NCBI RefSeq assembly: GCF_006345805.1
Contig: NC_042998.1
Span: 106,206,001 to 106,270,000, forward strand
DNA: 64,000 nt
Reading direction: 5' to 3'
DNA from: Octopus sinensis
Taxonomy: Eukaryota
Shown: positions 37,330 through 49,879 of the stretch, piece by piece
Layout: every line of letters starts with the position of its first letter
Numbering within the stretch: the stretch's first letter is position 1
The notes under the pieces: model-generated
Databases searched by the model: none
The model's input: only the letters and a program-made list of their open reading frames with translations
Told to the model about the DNA's origin: nothing
Made by a program: the position numbers and the translations under genes

Positions 37330-37660
37330 TCTTGTTTTGCCTTGTTAAATATCTCTTGAAGGCTCAGGGCAGTTGCCAGACATCGAAAGCTTAGTGTATC
37401 AATGCCCTGAGAAGCAAGACATTCAAGATATGGTGACTGATGGAGGGTATTTGTTTGGTTGCCTGTCTCTAGACAGCTTCCAGTAGATCAATAGTCTGTG
37501 CCAGATAGAAGTTCCAGACAGGAGATGCAAACTGTAAAATTGGACGTGCCACAGCCATATATAGCTGTAAATAAACAGCCAGAGAGTGACTAATAAAGAT
37601 CTTACTGAATGATGCCAAAACAACTTCAGCCATATTGATGAATTTTAAAATATATTTCAT
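37330..37660 (-). mobile_element. CR1-group LINE 3' fragment
   Basis: QLYMAVARPILQFASPVWNFYLAQTIDLLEAV*RQATKQIPSI parallels the C-terminus of the 19.4-22.6 kb element. Confidence 0.75.
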
Positions 37661-38173
37661 CCAACACAGATTGTATAAAGTAATCATTTTAATTGAATAC
37701 TCTCTACTCCAAACTGTAAAGTCTTTTTTCATTCCAAATTTATAAAGAATTAGTTTTAAATAATTTAGAAAACAAAAAGAAAAATAACTTAAAGGTAAAA
37801 GCAATCTAGCTTAACATTAGCTTACAAGTTGCTAGCTGCACTATGTTTCACTTATTCATACAGCAATTATCTTCAGGTAATTTGTTACTATGTTTAGAAA
37901 TATTTTTAAAAGAATGATTATAATAGCAAATACACATTAGAGGACTGTGATAGGATTGGCTATCTTAAGGAAAACAAATTTACTTCAATTGTACTATAAA
38001 TATTAAATGTCAATTATGGTCATTTAAGATTTGCAATAGTACAGTGTTACCATAGTCCTCTTACATAGTATGCACTAAGTTTTAATAGCTTGTATAACTT
38101 TCTTTTTTCTCTCTCTCTTTTTAGATAATCAACAGTACATGTAATATACAAAACTTTTAAGAAAGCAAATACA

Positions 38174-38228
<55 letters not shown>

Positions 38229-38529
38229 TACTATATACATACATATATATATACACACACACACACATTCATACACACACACACAGGTGTGTGCACATAT
38301 GTTTATGTATATATGTGCTTGTATGAATTATTTTACTAATTTCTTTCATTGGACAGCAGTCATGCAGGGCAACCACTTAAATGATTTTAGTGAATTAAAT
38401 CAACCCCTGGCCAGTATTACTTTGTCTGATATTTAATTTATAAATCTTTTATCAAATGGCTTAGTTGATTGAGTTTTGTCTCTTCAGACAGATTTACCTT
38501 CCTTTTATGGACATAAATGCTGAAAAGTA

Positions 38530-38548
38530 TCTACACCAGCCTACACAG

Positions 38549-38594
<46 letters not shown>

Positions 38595-38703
38595 ACACAC
38601 ACACACACACAGACACACACACAGACACACAAACACACACACACACAAACACACACAAACACACACACAGACACGCACACACACAGACACACACACAGAC
38701 ACA

Positions 38704-38745
<42 letters not shown>

Positions 38746-38750
38746 CACAC
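38530..38750. repeat. Long imperfect (CA)n tract
   Basis: About 220 nt, seen directly. Confidence 0.95.
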
Positions 38751-39525
38751 ATATATTCCACAGGCTCTCTGCATAGGCTGCAAGACAAACAAGATGCCAA
38801 TAACCATATATTCATGAACTAGATAGATAAAGCACCAAATGACAGCACTACAACTTTATATAGAATTCCACAAAAAAAAAATAAATAAATAAATTAGAAG
38901 AAGAGCTATGGAAGCTTCATTTGTTATCAAGGGATCTGTTCTATGTTATGTTTTGGACCATTATCTACCTGATATTTGCTCTGTAATTGGGCTCAAACTA
39001 TGTAAATTTGTCCATGTAAAAAAATACAAAAAACATCACCATAAAAAAATGAAGTCTAAAAATTTCACTGTATTTAAATTAAACGTTATGGTAAGCTTTC
39101 ACAATCTAGAAGAGAAGGACAGTATGCAACTGTTAGCTACGAGTGCCGATTACCTACTCAATATTTCATATGCTCAGTCAGATGCTTCCTGGCGAGTTCT
39201 TGTCCAAACAAGTAGGAGGTTTTACATTATGAAAATGCAAGCAGGGCTATATATAGGTTAACTTAGTTATACTTTCCTTTCCCAGCATCACTTTCTTTAC
39301 ATTACATGTGGTTTCCACATACTGATTAAACTACCTTTGTGTGTGTGTGTATGTGTAATAGGCACAGGCATGGCTCTCTGGTAAGAAGCTTGCTTCCCAA
39401 CCACATGGTTCTGGGTTCAGTCCCATTGTGTGGCACATTGGGCAACTATCTTCAACTATAGCTTCAGGCTGATCATAGCTTTGTGAGTGGGTTTGGTAGA
39501 CAGAAACAGGAAGAAGCCCATCATA

Positions 39526-40741
39526 TATTGAGTTGGCAACTAAGTTCCCGCAGTTTTTTAAATTTAAATTTTTTAAAAGGTTTAACAAAAAATAATGACT
39601 AATTAATCAATCATGTATTCACCCTTGTTGTTTACAACTTCTTCCCAGCATTCAACAAGATTTTCAATACCTCGTTGGTAGAAATACCCAATTTTGACTC
39701 GAAAAATTGATCCAACCAAGCTCTCAATTCTGCATCAGTATTGAATGAAGCTCCACGCATAGCATTTGAAAGAGATTGGAAGAGGTGGAGTATGGCGGGT
39801 GTGGCAGCACTTCCTAGCTATGCATTTGAATGGCTTCCTTGGTCATATTAGCGATATGAGGGCAGGCATTGTTATGCAGCAGAAGAATCCCATGCTGTTG
39901 ATTAGGTCTTTCCTCTTGAATAGCCATGTTGAGTTATTCAATCTGCTGAACATAGAGTTCCGCATTGAACGTTTGGTTCTGTTCAAGCAGTTCATAATGG
40001 ACAATCCTTTCCTAGTCCCACCATATGCACAACATTGTTTTACACAGATAAAGATCTTGTTTCACAAGCGGTGTCGCTTGTCTAGCGGGGCTAAGCCATT
40101 CCTTACGCTGCTTCATATTGATGTACAGGCACCATTTTTCGTCGCCAGTAATGATTCGGTAAAGAAATCGTTGACTGTGTCCATGAGTTGAGAGGTGACG
40201 AGCAAGTGAACCAGCGGAGATTGTGGGTCGTTGATTTTTGTTGTTGTCACTCAAAGCATGCAAAACCCATGCTCCATACTTCTGAACCTTTCCCAGCAAG
40301 TGAAGATGCTTCTCTATAGCAGTGTGGGAGCATTCTCTCTGCCAGTTCCCTTGTCATTTGACAAGAATTTTAGTACAAAAGTTGGTTTAATTGCTCTTCA
40401 TCGAACTCAACTGGACAACGAGAACGAGGTGCGTCTTTGAGGTCAAAATTTCCATTTTTGAACTTGGCTTACTAATCATGAGTGGTTCTTTCACCTATGG
40501 CACCCTCTCTATACATAGCACAAATGTCGTGAGCAGCTTTGACAGCCTTAGAACTTTGATTAAAAGCAAAAAGAAGGAGGTGTCAAAAATGTTTGTTTTT
40601 CTTAACTTGATATTTCATTTTAATGATCTGAAAATAAACAAAAATTAACTAAAAAAAATACAAAATATATTCCAAAATTTAAAAGCGCAATAAATTCCAA
40701 AATTTTAAAAAGACGTTGGGAACTTAGTTGTCAACCCAATA
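39526..40741 (-). mobile_element. Mariner (Mos1-like) element with both TIRs, defective
   Basis: 24-bp TIRs tattgagttggcaactaagttccc / gggaacttagttgtcaacccaata (2 mismatches), TA flanks; minus strand GAWVLHAL..IITGDEKWCLY..MLCIWWD*; broken frames. Confidence 0.92.
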
Positions 40742-40744
40742 TAA

Positions 40745-40785
<41 letters not shown>

Positions 40786-40880
40786 AAATGAGGGTGAGAA
40801 ATTGGATATTTTCTTAGTGGTAAAACCATAGCGGATCTACTCTAGCATAAGGGTTGTCCACATAGTGGTCATCTCTCTCA

Positions 40881-41737
40881 TCTCTCTCTATATAAAAGGC
40901 AGTGTGTCTGTCTGTGTGTCTGTCAGGTTGTACCCTCACCCTGACCACGGCTTTCAACCGATTCTGATGAAACTTGACACACACATAGCCCAATGTCATA
41001 ATTCAAAACTAACGCAGCGAAAATTTTGAAAAGTTCCCCTAGTTCTGAAAAAATCGATAAATTCGACATGAGGTCGAGAATCTAAGCTTATCATATGCAA
41101 CACATTTTCTGTTGTAGTTTTCGCAACTTGCAATCGATTTTCACCAAACTCATGGTGAAGCTTAATGTTACCCTAAGATACTTAATTCTGACGTTAGTAT
41201 CAGAAAAAAATCGATAAAATCATGCCATTTTGGGAAATCGCGTTCAAATTCAAGATGACATATTTTCGACAATATCTTTAACAAATTGGCAGGAATTTTT
41301 TTTTTAATTCACAGCGAGCATCATGTCTGCTCCAAGGAGCTATATGGCCCTTTTTATTCCAATAGGATACTTTATTACTGGAAAAAATCGGTAATTAAAT
41401 CATATGTGGCACACATAGCAAACCGATTTGTGTATTAAACACAAACCACAGATTGTCTAGGGGACGCAACTCGACCTTCTTTAACTCTCTTACTCCCCCA
41501 AATAACTATCAAACAGCTATCGATAATTCAACCCACAGGAGGAAATCTAGACTTAATCTGGGTTGGCTGTGCTAAACAAAACCAGAAAATGCACTGTGAC
41601 TCAATGCCTTAATGCTTTTTAGGCTTCATTTTACAAAATAACTATTCAATGAGTACAAAAAAAGGTAAAAAGGCAAAGGGCATTGCTTATCGACAAAGTT
41701 TCTTACATACCCGGGCAACGCCGGGCTATGCTGCTAG
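40881..41737 (+). mobile_element. Non-autonomous Helitron, family 2
   Basis: a|TCtctctctatataaaa start; hairpin cccgggcaacgccggg (41710-41725), 8 nt, CTAG|t. Confidence 0.82.
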
Positions 41738-41993
41738 TATTTATATATATCTATATGTGTGTGTGTGTGTGTGTCTTTGTGTCTGTATTTGTCCCTATCA
41801 CTACTTGACAACTGGTGTTGGTGTGTTTACACCACTATAACTTAATGGTCCAGCAAAAGTGACTGACAGAATAGGTACTAAGCTTAAAAAATAAGTCCTG
41901 GAGTTGATTTCTTTGACTAAAACCCCCTCAAGGCAGTGTTCCAGCATGGCTTCAGTTGAATAACTGAATCAAGTAAAAGTATATATATATATA

Positions 41994-42515
41994 TCTATAT
42001 ATATAAAACTGTAGTTGTGTGTCTGTCTCCTACGATTTAGATTCCTAACTCCTCCCACATTTTGCGGTGCAGTTTAACCAAATTCGGGTATCTTATAGTC
42101 GTGATTAATATCGAGCCCGTCTGGCTATTAGCGCGCGTCTACGATGAGTCTACGATTTTAAAAATAATTTAACATCATTTTTTATTCCATTTTAATGCAT
42201 AATTTTTCGTGTGTCGATGGCGGCGGAGTTGGCGTCCACGCTCAAACACCTGCACCTGTGTTTGCTTCTCCCCTCCCTCGTGAAGCTGTGGGGAAGGGAG
42301 TATAAGGAAATCAACGTCGTAAAGCGTTGTCAAGGAGACCAGCGTTCTTTTAGAGCAACGACTTCATGGCTTGAAGACACTGAGTCAACGATATAAAAAA
42401 AAATTATCATCATTTTTTATTCCATTTTTAATGCATTTTTTTGCTATAACTCTCTAAAAATGCTTATATAGTTATTTCCCTTACAAACCCGAGCAACGCC
42501 GGGCGATACTGCTAG
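41994..42515 (+). mobile_element. Non-autonomous Helitron, family 1 copy B
   Basis: Collinear with 7411-7927 except for one internal segment; same TC start, hairpin and CTAG|t end. Confidence 0.87.
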
Positions 42516-43080
42516 TATATATATATAACATCATCATCATCGCCATCGCTTAATGTCCGCTTTCCATACTGTCATGGGCTGGATGGTTTGGCTGAGAACT
42601 AGCAGGCCAGGGGGCTGCACCAGACTGCACTCTGATCTGGTAAGGTTTCTATAGCTGGATGCCCTTCCTAATGCCAACCACTCTGAAAGTGTAGTGGGTG
42701 CTTTTTACATGCCACTGGCATGGGGCCAGTCCAGTGGGACTGGCATCAACTACACTCAAATGTGTTTTCTACATGCCACTGGCATGGGTGCCTGTCAGGC
42801 GTTACTGGCATCAGCCATGACAATGATTTCACTTGACTCAACAGGTCTTCTCGAGTACAGTTTATTGCCAAATGATTGAAGGGTACTCTTAAATGGGCCT
42901 TTTATGCAACACTGGCATAGGCCATGGCTATGGTCTCACTTGGCTTGCCAGGTCTTCTCAAGCATAGCATATCTCCAAAGGTCTCAGTTGCTTGACATTG
43001 CCTCGGTGAGGCCCAACGTTCAAAGGTCGTGCTTCACCACCTAATCCCAGGTCTTCCAGAATCCACATCTTCCACGGTAT

Positions 43081-46000
43081 GATGGCAGTCCCTCAAGGTC
43101 GAGGATGATGGTCTTCGCGCAAATTTACTGGTGAGTCCGTAGGTGACCGATAAGACCAATTCTTGCTTGAAAAGATCGGTTGCAATGCGGACATCTAGTG
43201 CCGGAAGGGAGAGTCGCACGTGGTTGTTGTTGGCGCTCCTTCCATCGTCGTCTTTTCTCCTCCAGCTCTGCAGACCTTTTCGACTCGAAAGTCGCCATTC
43301 CCTCATGGATGGTGGTTTTCCAGGTGGTCTGTTTTTTGCCGTTTCCTCCCAGTTAGTGAAGTCGATGTCACACTTTTTGAGGTTCGTTTTCAGGGAGTCC
43401 TTGTAGCGTTTCTTCTGGCCTCCTTTTGTACGCTTGCCGTCTTTGAGTTTGGAGTAGAAGATCTTTTTGGGAAGTCGTTCGTCAGTCATTCTAACCACGT
43501 GACCGCTCCATCTTAGTTGGCCTTTGATGACATAGGCTTCGATGCTGGTCATTTTTGTTTCTTGTAGCACGCTGACGTTTGTTCTTCTGTCTTCCCAGCT
43601 GATGTTAAGGATCTTCCGAAGACAGCGTTGGTGAAATTTCTCGAGTGTTTTCAGGTGGTGATTATACGGGGTCCAGGTTTCGGATGCGTAAAGGAGGGTT
43701 GGAATAATGACTGCCCTGTACACCATGAGTTTGGTTTCGGTTCGAATGTCCCGATCAGCAAAAACTCTTGTTCGAAGCTTGCCGAAATCTGTTCCTGCAC
43801 ACTTCAGACGGTGTTGGATTTCATCGCTGAGGTCTACCTTTGCTGACAGATGGCTCCCAAGGTAGCAGAAATGGTTCACATTTTCCAGTGGAATTCCTTC
43901 GAATTGAATCGATGGCGGGTTGTCAACACGTTGGTAGAGTAAGTGAGTCTTCTTGATGTTGATGCTAAGTTCAAGTTTAGTATATGCATGATGAAAAGCA
44001 TTTAGGATCTGTTGGAGGTGATCCTCTCTGTAAGCTGCTACACTGTTGTCGTCGGCATATTGGAACTCTAGCAAGCTTCGCGCCATTGTCTTTGACGTAC
44101 TTTTGAGGCGAACGAGGTTGAAAAGCTTGCCGTCAATTCTGTACGAGATCTCGATGCCAGGTGGAAGGTCATCTCGTATGATGTGCAACACTGTCGCGAT
44201 AAAGATGGTAAAGAGAGTTGGCGTTATCACGCAGCCTTGCTTCACTCCGGAGGTGACTTTAAAGGGCTCAGAACTGCCTTCGTCGGTCTGGACTCTGGCG
44301 TGCATATTGTCGTGGAGGAGTTTGAGGATCCGGATGAACTTATCTGGGCATCCATACTGGGCGAGAATATCCCAGAGGAGCTCTCGCGAGACACGATCAA
44401 AGGCTTTGGATAGGTCGATAAAGGCCAAATAGAGCGGTTGGTGTTGCTCACGACATTTTTCTTGTAGATGTCGCAGCATGAAGATCATGTCGGTTGTACT
44501 TCGTGATGGCCTAAAGCCGGTCTGCGTCTCAGGAAGGATCCTCTCTGACAGCATTTTGAGGCGGTTGTTCAGGATGCGTGCAAGAATCTTCCCAGCATTT
44601 GCTAATAAGGAAATACCCCGGTAATTGCCACACTCAGAACGATCGCCCTTTCGTTTGTAAATGGTAATGATGTTAGCATCCCTGAAGTCGGATGGTACAA
44701 CTTCATTTGTCCAGATTTTGACCAAGATTTGGTGGAGCTGGTGTTGGACAAAATCACCTCCCAGTTTGTAGATCTCAGCTGGGTTTCCATCAGGACCCGC
44801 GGCTTTGTTGTTCTTCATCGCTGTGATAGCAATTTTGACCTCTTTGAGGGATGGAATTCGAGCGAGAGAGTAATCTTTGGCCTCTTTAGGAATCATGTCA
44901 AGTATGCTTTTATCGATGGTAGCCCTGTAATTGAAGAGGTCATCGAAGTGTTCTCTCCATCTGTCTCCTATTTCGGTGTTGCTTTTCAGGATGGTCGCTC
45001 CGTTTTTACTCTTCAGAGGGGCCTGTCCATGTGTGGAAGGTCCGTATATTTCTTTCGTGGCTTTGAAGAACCCTCTGGTGTCGTTTACATCTGCTAGCTG
45101 CTGGATTTCACTGGTTCTTCAGGGTACGGGTTGTCCTTTGAACTGCGGCTTTGCACTTTTTGAAAGACTCTCGTTTAGTGGCAGACTTTGGATCATTCTG
45201 TGAGCTGATGAAAGCTTTCCGTTTTTGGTCGATCAGTTCTTTGAGATCTTCATCATTGTCGTCGAACCAGTCCTGGTGTTTCCTTTTCTTGCGACCGATG
45301 GTTTCTTCGCAAGCGGTGATGATGGTTTCTTTCAGCTGGTTCCAATTTTCTTCGACGAGATGATTTGGAGTCTTATTTTGAAGATTGACCTGTAGGCGCT
45401 GCTGGAAAGCGACACAAGTTTTGGGGTCTTGCAGTGCTTCGATGTTGAATTTCTTTACTCTGCTTTCCTTGCTGTGATATTTCACTTTTGGTCGGAGTTT
45501 GATTTTCATGGTGGAGGCGATGAGGCGATGATCTGTCCAGCACTCATCTGCTCCAGTGGCGGCTCTGGTGAGCAACACATCTTGCTAGTCTCGGGATCTC
45601 ACGATGATATAGTCGATGAGATGCCATTTTTTAGATCTTGGATGCTGCCATGAGACCTTATATCGATTCTTCTGGCGAAAAAGGGTGTTGGTTATCACCA
45701 GGTTATGTTCAGCACATTTGGTGAGTAGCAGAGTTCCATTGGCATTGACTTTTCCCACTCCTTCCTTTCCGATGGTTCCTGTCCAGAGTTCATGATCTCT
45801 CCCAACTCTGGCATTGAAATCTCCCAGGAGAATGATCTTGTCGTCCTTTGGGACGGTAGAGAGAATGCTATCAAGCTAGCTGTAAAACTCTTCGGTGACT
45901 AAATCCTCCGCGTCAAGGGTGGGAGCATACGCGCTGATGATAGTTGCGTGCTGACTTCGGAGGGTCATGAGTCGTGCGGACATTCCGATGGGCTGCTCTG

Positions 46001-46915
46001 TCAGTTTGGATAGGATGGTGCTTCGTATTGAAAAACCCACACCATGGATCCGTTGATGGTCGGGATTGTAACCTTTCCAGAAAAAGGTGTATTGACCGCC
46101 TTCTTCTCTCAGCCGGCCTTCTCCGGCTCTCCGGGTTTCACTGAGAGCTACGATGTCAAAATTGAATCGATGGAGTTCCCGGGCGATGATTGCAGTTCAT
46201 CTTTCGGGTCTGTCTGAGTTGGTGTTATCTATGAGAGTCCTGACATTCCAGGTCCCGAATTTCAGCGTTGCGTATCTTGATCTTGATTTTCGACCGCATG
46301 ATGGTGATCCCTCTGGACGCGGTTTTCCAGACAGGATTGGGGTGAAGCAGACTATGTTTAGGGCACCTTTTCTAGCCCCTTCCCAATTCAGGGTGAGCAG
46401 AGTGGATCCTAAACAGGGATGCTCAGTCGTGGATACTGCTGCCGAACATCTTCCCTGCTTCTTCCGAAAGATAGAGCGACTGAATCATGTAACCACCGCA
46501 TCTGTGCCGGTTCTGCACTAGGAGCCTCCAGCCTTCACGAGCCTGCCCCCGTCATCCATCGCCGATCGCCGAAAGACTTGGAAAGAATAAGAAGAAGAGT
46601 GGTGGCGAAGACGCCAGTGCATGAAATTTTTTAACGTGTGCTTGAGGTCGCACGCCCAGTAAAGCACACGTAAACTTGACAGACCACCAACTTGACCCAA
46701 TGGCAAGGTAAACCGAGACGATTGGAGTCGATGGTCTGCTGCAGTCTTCGTCCGCCTTCACAGCCGTTGAGTTGTTAAGGCAACTTCATCCGCCTGTTCC
46801 ACCGTTGAGGACTTGATGACTGTCAGAGCCCCGTTTGCCGCTAGCACAGCTGGCTTGCTGTGCTCGCGTTGCCCAGTCTGTACCCCGTGGAGGAGGGGTT
46901 GAACTTTTGCAGACC
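43081..46915 (-). mobile_element. Full-length RTE/BovB-like LINE (~3.8 kb) with TSD, defective ORF
   Basis: EN (LKFGTWNVRTL, GDFNARVG, DHRLI), RT (FIDLSKAFD, GVKQGCVITPTLF, QYADD) and terminal C2H2 finger (CPHCNRSFQARIGLIGHLRTH, in a shifted frame); 3' end ..gagggactgccatc; TSD tccacggtat (43071-43080) / tccacaggtat (46916-46926); TAG near 45877 and frameshifts near 45110, 44900 and 43320. Confidence 0.93.
46827..46915 (-). ncRNA. HDV-like self-cleaving ribozyme candidate
   Basis: GGUCUGCA AA AGUUCAA CCCC UCCUCCAC GGGG UACAGACU GG GCAA CGCGAGCACAGC AAGCCA GCUGUGCUAGCG GCAAA CGGGGCU. It shows a G1.U wobble, P1, P3, UCC L3 with GG for P1.1, the GCAA junction, an 11-bp P4, a C in J4/2, and an imperfect P2. 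Confidence 0.72.
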
Positions 46916-46949
46916 TCCACAGGTATATGTATATATATATATATATATG

Positions 46950-47120
46950 AGTATAGAAAATGGAGCAAAAATACAATAGAGGACAATAAAACATTCGGAT
47001 AGATAGATGATACAAATGCAGACCGAAATCACAACAATTAGAAGGACAGGGAAAAAAGTACAGGTAATTCGTGGCCTTCTTTCTTCAGTCAAGTTACCAG
47101 ATGTCCTCACAGTTTCGGTC
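46950..47120 (-). mobile_element. Diverged repeat fragment (Penelope-like?), related to 57125-57295 (+)
   Basis: Shared aaa.tgtgagga..atctgg..cttgactga.ga and tccgaatgtttt segments. Confidence 0.45.
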
Positions 47121-48074
47121 AGTTACATATATATACTGCATTACATCGTATGGCTATTACATCCATGAGAACATTTTTAATTTTCAGTTCTAACAAAAAA
47201 AATAACTCTTTGTTTTCTGGAATGGCAGGAGTAGGTAACTAGGTGGCGATATGGTTATGTGGTTAAGGAGCTTGTTTTTCAGCCATGTGGTTTTGGGTTC
47301 AATCCCAGTGTGCAGTACCTTGGGCAAGCATCTTCTATTATAGCTCTGAGTCAATCAATACCTTGAGAGTGAATTTGGTAGACAGAAACTTTACGGAAGC
47401 TTGTCATATTCATATATACAAATACGTGTGTGTGTGTGTATGTGTGTGTATTTGTCTTTGTCTCCTCCTCACCACTTGACAACTTGTGTTGGTTTGCTTG
47501 TCGCCCAAAACTTAGCAGTTCGGCAAAAGAGACCAATAGAATAAATACCATATTTAAAAATAAGTACTATGATCAAATTGATCAAGTAAAGCCATCAAGG
47601 CAGTGCCCCAGCATGGCCACAGTGTAGTGATTGAATCAAGTAAAGGATAAAAGATAAACCCGTGTGGTAAGAAGCTTGCTTCCCAACCACATGGTTCCAG
47701 ATTCAGTCCCTCTGCATGGCATCTTCAAAGTGTCTTCTACTATATCCTTGGGCCACCCAAAGCCTTGTGAGTGGATTTGGTAAATGGCAGCTGAAAGTCG
47801 TGGTTGGTGTTTGGAAGGGCATCCAGTTGTAAAAACCTTGCCAAAACTGATTTCACCTATGCTTATGCCACGTAAAAAGCACTAAGTCTACTCTGCTGAG
47901 TGGTTGGTGTTAGGAAGGACATCCAGCTGTAAAAATCCTGTCAAAACAATCACAGAAGTCTGGTGTAGACTTCGACCTCTTGTGGTGCCGTCCTACCCAT
48001 GCTAGCATGGAACACAGACGCTTGATGGTGATGATGATTTTTGATATGTATGTATTGGTGTGTTTATATATATG

Positions 48075-48610
48075 AGTGCTACTGGTAACATGTAACCCAG
48101 TACAACCTGTTTCATGGTCGGGTCGTCAGCAACTAAACCGGCAACCACACCAAGCTTGCTTGATGAGGAGGGTGTTTATTGGACACCCTGCGGGATGAAA
48201 ATCAAAACCCGTCAAAGGACAGAGGAACTCTTGAGAGTCAACGGCCATCCAATAAATGTCTTGAGGCTGTATCAAGCGTGGGGACATAGAAATAATTGGA
48301 CTGAATACCCAATCGCGCGGTTAAACCATTGGGAGTGAAGGACTCTTAGCCTTTGTTAGGGCATCCTTCTAGGAGAAGGCAACTCAGGTAACTGGGATAA
48401 CTCCGACATAAAACCTGCGGCTCAGTGGTTACCGATGATGTTGACTTGTTCTTCTTTTCGGATTATGGCTGCTGTTGCTTAGTGAGTGGGATTGACTCAG
48501 TGCACAGCCTTTCCTCACTTTAAAAAATCTTCTTGCACAGGCATTGCATGATAACAACATTGATTAAGCTTCGTGCAATAGCCATACTCGATAACGAGGA
48601 GGCAGCCACC
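48075..48610 (+). mobile_element. GC-richer non-coding island resembling a LINE 5' UTR, no ORF following
   Basis: The motif gggcatccttctaggagaaggcaactc resembles RTE-type 5' UTR motifs from recall; several short hairpins; bounded by (TA)n. Confidence 0.3.
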
Positions 48611-48650
48611 ATATATATATATATATAATATATATATATATATCTATATA

Positions 48651-48704
<54 letters not shown>

Positions 48705-49879
48705 ATATATACATATGTATATGTATATATATATCTATGTATGTGTGTCTTTGTGTCTATGTTTGTCCCTCCAACTCTGCTTGACAACTGGTGTTGGTGT
48801 GCTTGCATCCCTGTAACTGATCAGTTCAGCAAAAGAGACTGATAGAATAAGTGCCAATCTTTAGAAAATAAAAACATATGTACTGGAGTTGATTCATTCA
48901 AGTAAAAATTCTTCAAGGCAGTGCCCCAGCATGGCCACACTCTAATTACTGAAACAAATAATAGATAAAAGATAAGGACACTGTTCATTGTGAATTTTCC
49001 AATTTTCTTTGACAGTTTGACATCAAGACTTCTCTTTTCTCTCCATGTTTATCTTCTTCCAACATTTTGGACAACAAAACTTAATTCATCTCCAGCCACA
49101 ATTTTATGAGCTAAAGGAGAGAGCTCTTACTACTATCAAACTGTTTCTCTTCCTTATTTTTGGCATTAGTGATATTAGTACAACTATTATAACAAATTAT
49201 GTTGTCATCATTTCTGGTAGTCGTATTGCTGTCATTGTAGCTGTTGTTAATATCATTATCGTTGTTTTTACATCATTTTAATCTTCCCTTTACTACAGTT
49301 ATAATTGTTGTTAATGTTATTGTTACAAATAATATTCCATACAATTATCCAGTTTTTCCATCATTTCTCAAATCAAAGGGACACATATAACAGAAGCACC
49401 AGCAGAAATGGTCTCCACAAAATAGTGGTGGTTACAAATTGATTTGGTATTTATTTGTGGTAATACTTTGCATATTACTGTGCTACTGGAATATCAGCTG
49501 TTCTGCCTGCTCTGAGGAAATTATAAGGTGATGCACAAGCACTCGTCTTGGAGCACACTGCATCTTATAGCAGAATCAGCTGTAACCTAATGAAGTTCAT
49601 TGCATAATTTCCTATTCTTTTATCATTTATTTAATTTCAGTTTTATTTTATGGCCTGTACACAATTATTCTGATGCATATATATATATATATTTACTAAT
49701 CATTGCTTTGAATGCACATCAATTAATGAATGGTGTCATGTCTACTAGTCCCTGAGTAAAATGATTATGTGTAAGGGAGGTAAGTAGTTCTGGAATTGGT
49801 GCAATTAGGGTAGATATAGATCTGTAATGTGAATGGTGTATGGGATGTATGGAGGTTAGTGGTATTAATTGAACGGTTA

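Noticed and set aside
11100-46761. Short ORFs antisense to or out of frame with the three large LINEs
   Set aside because: They are explained by the stop-poor shadow frames of the real RT/EN ORFs.
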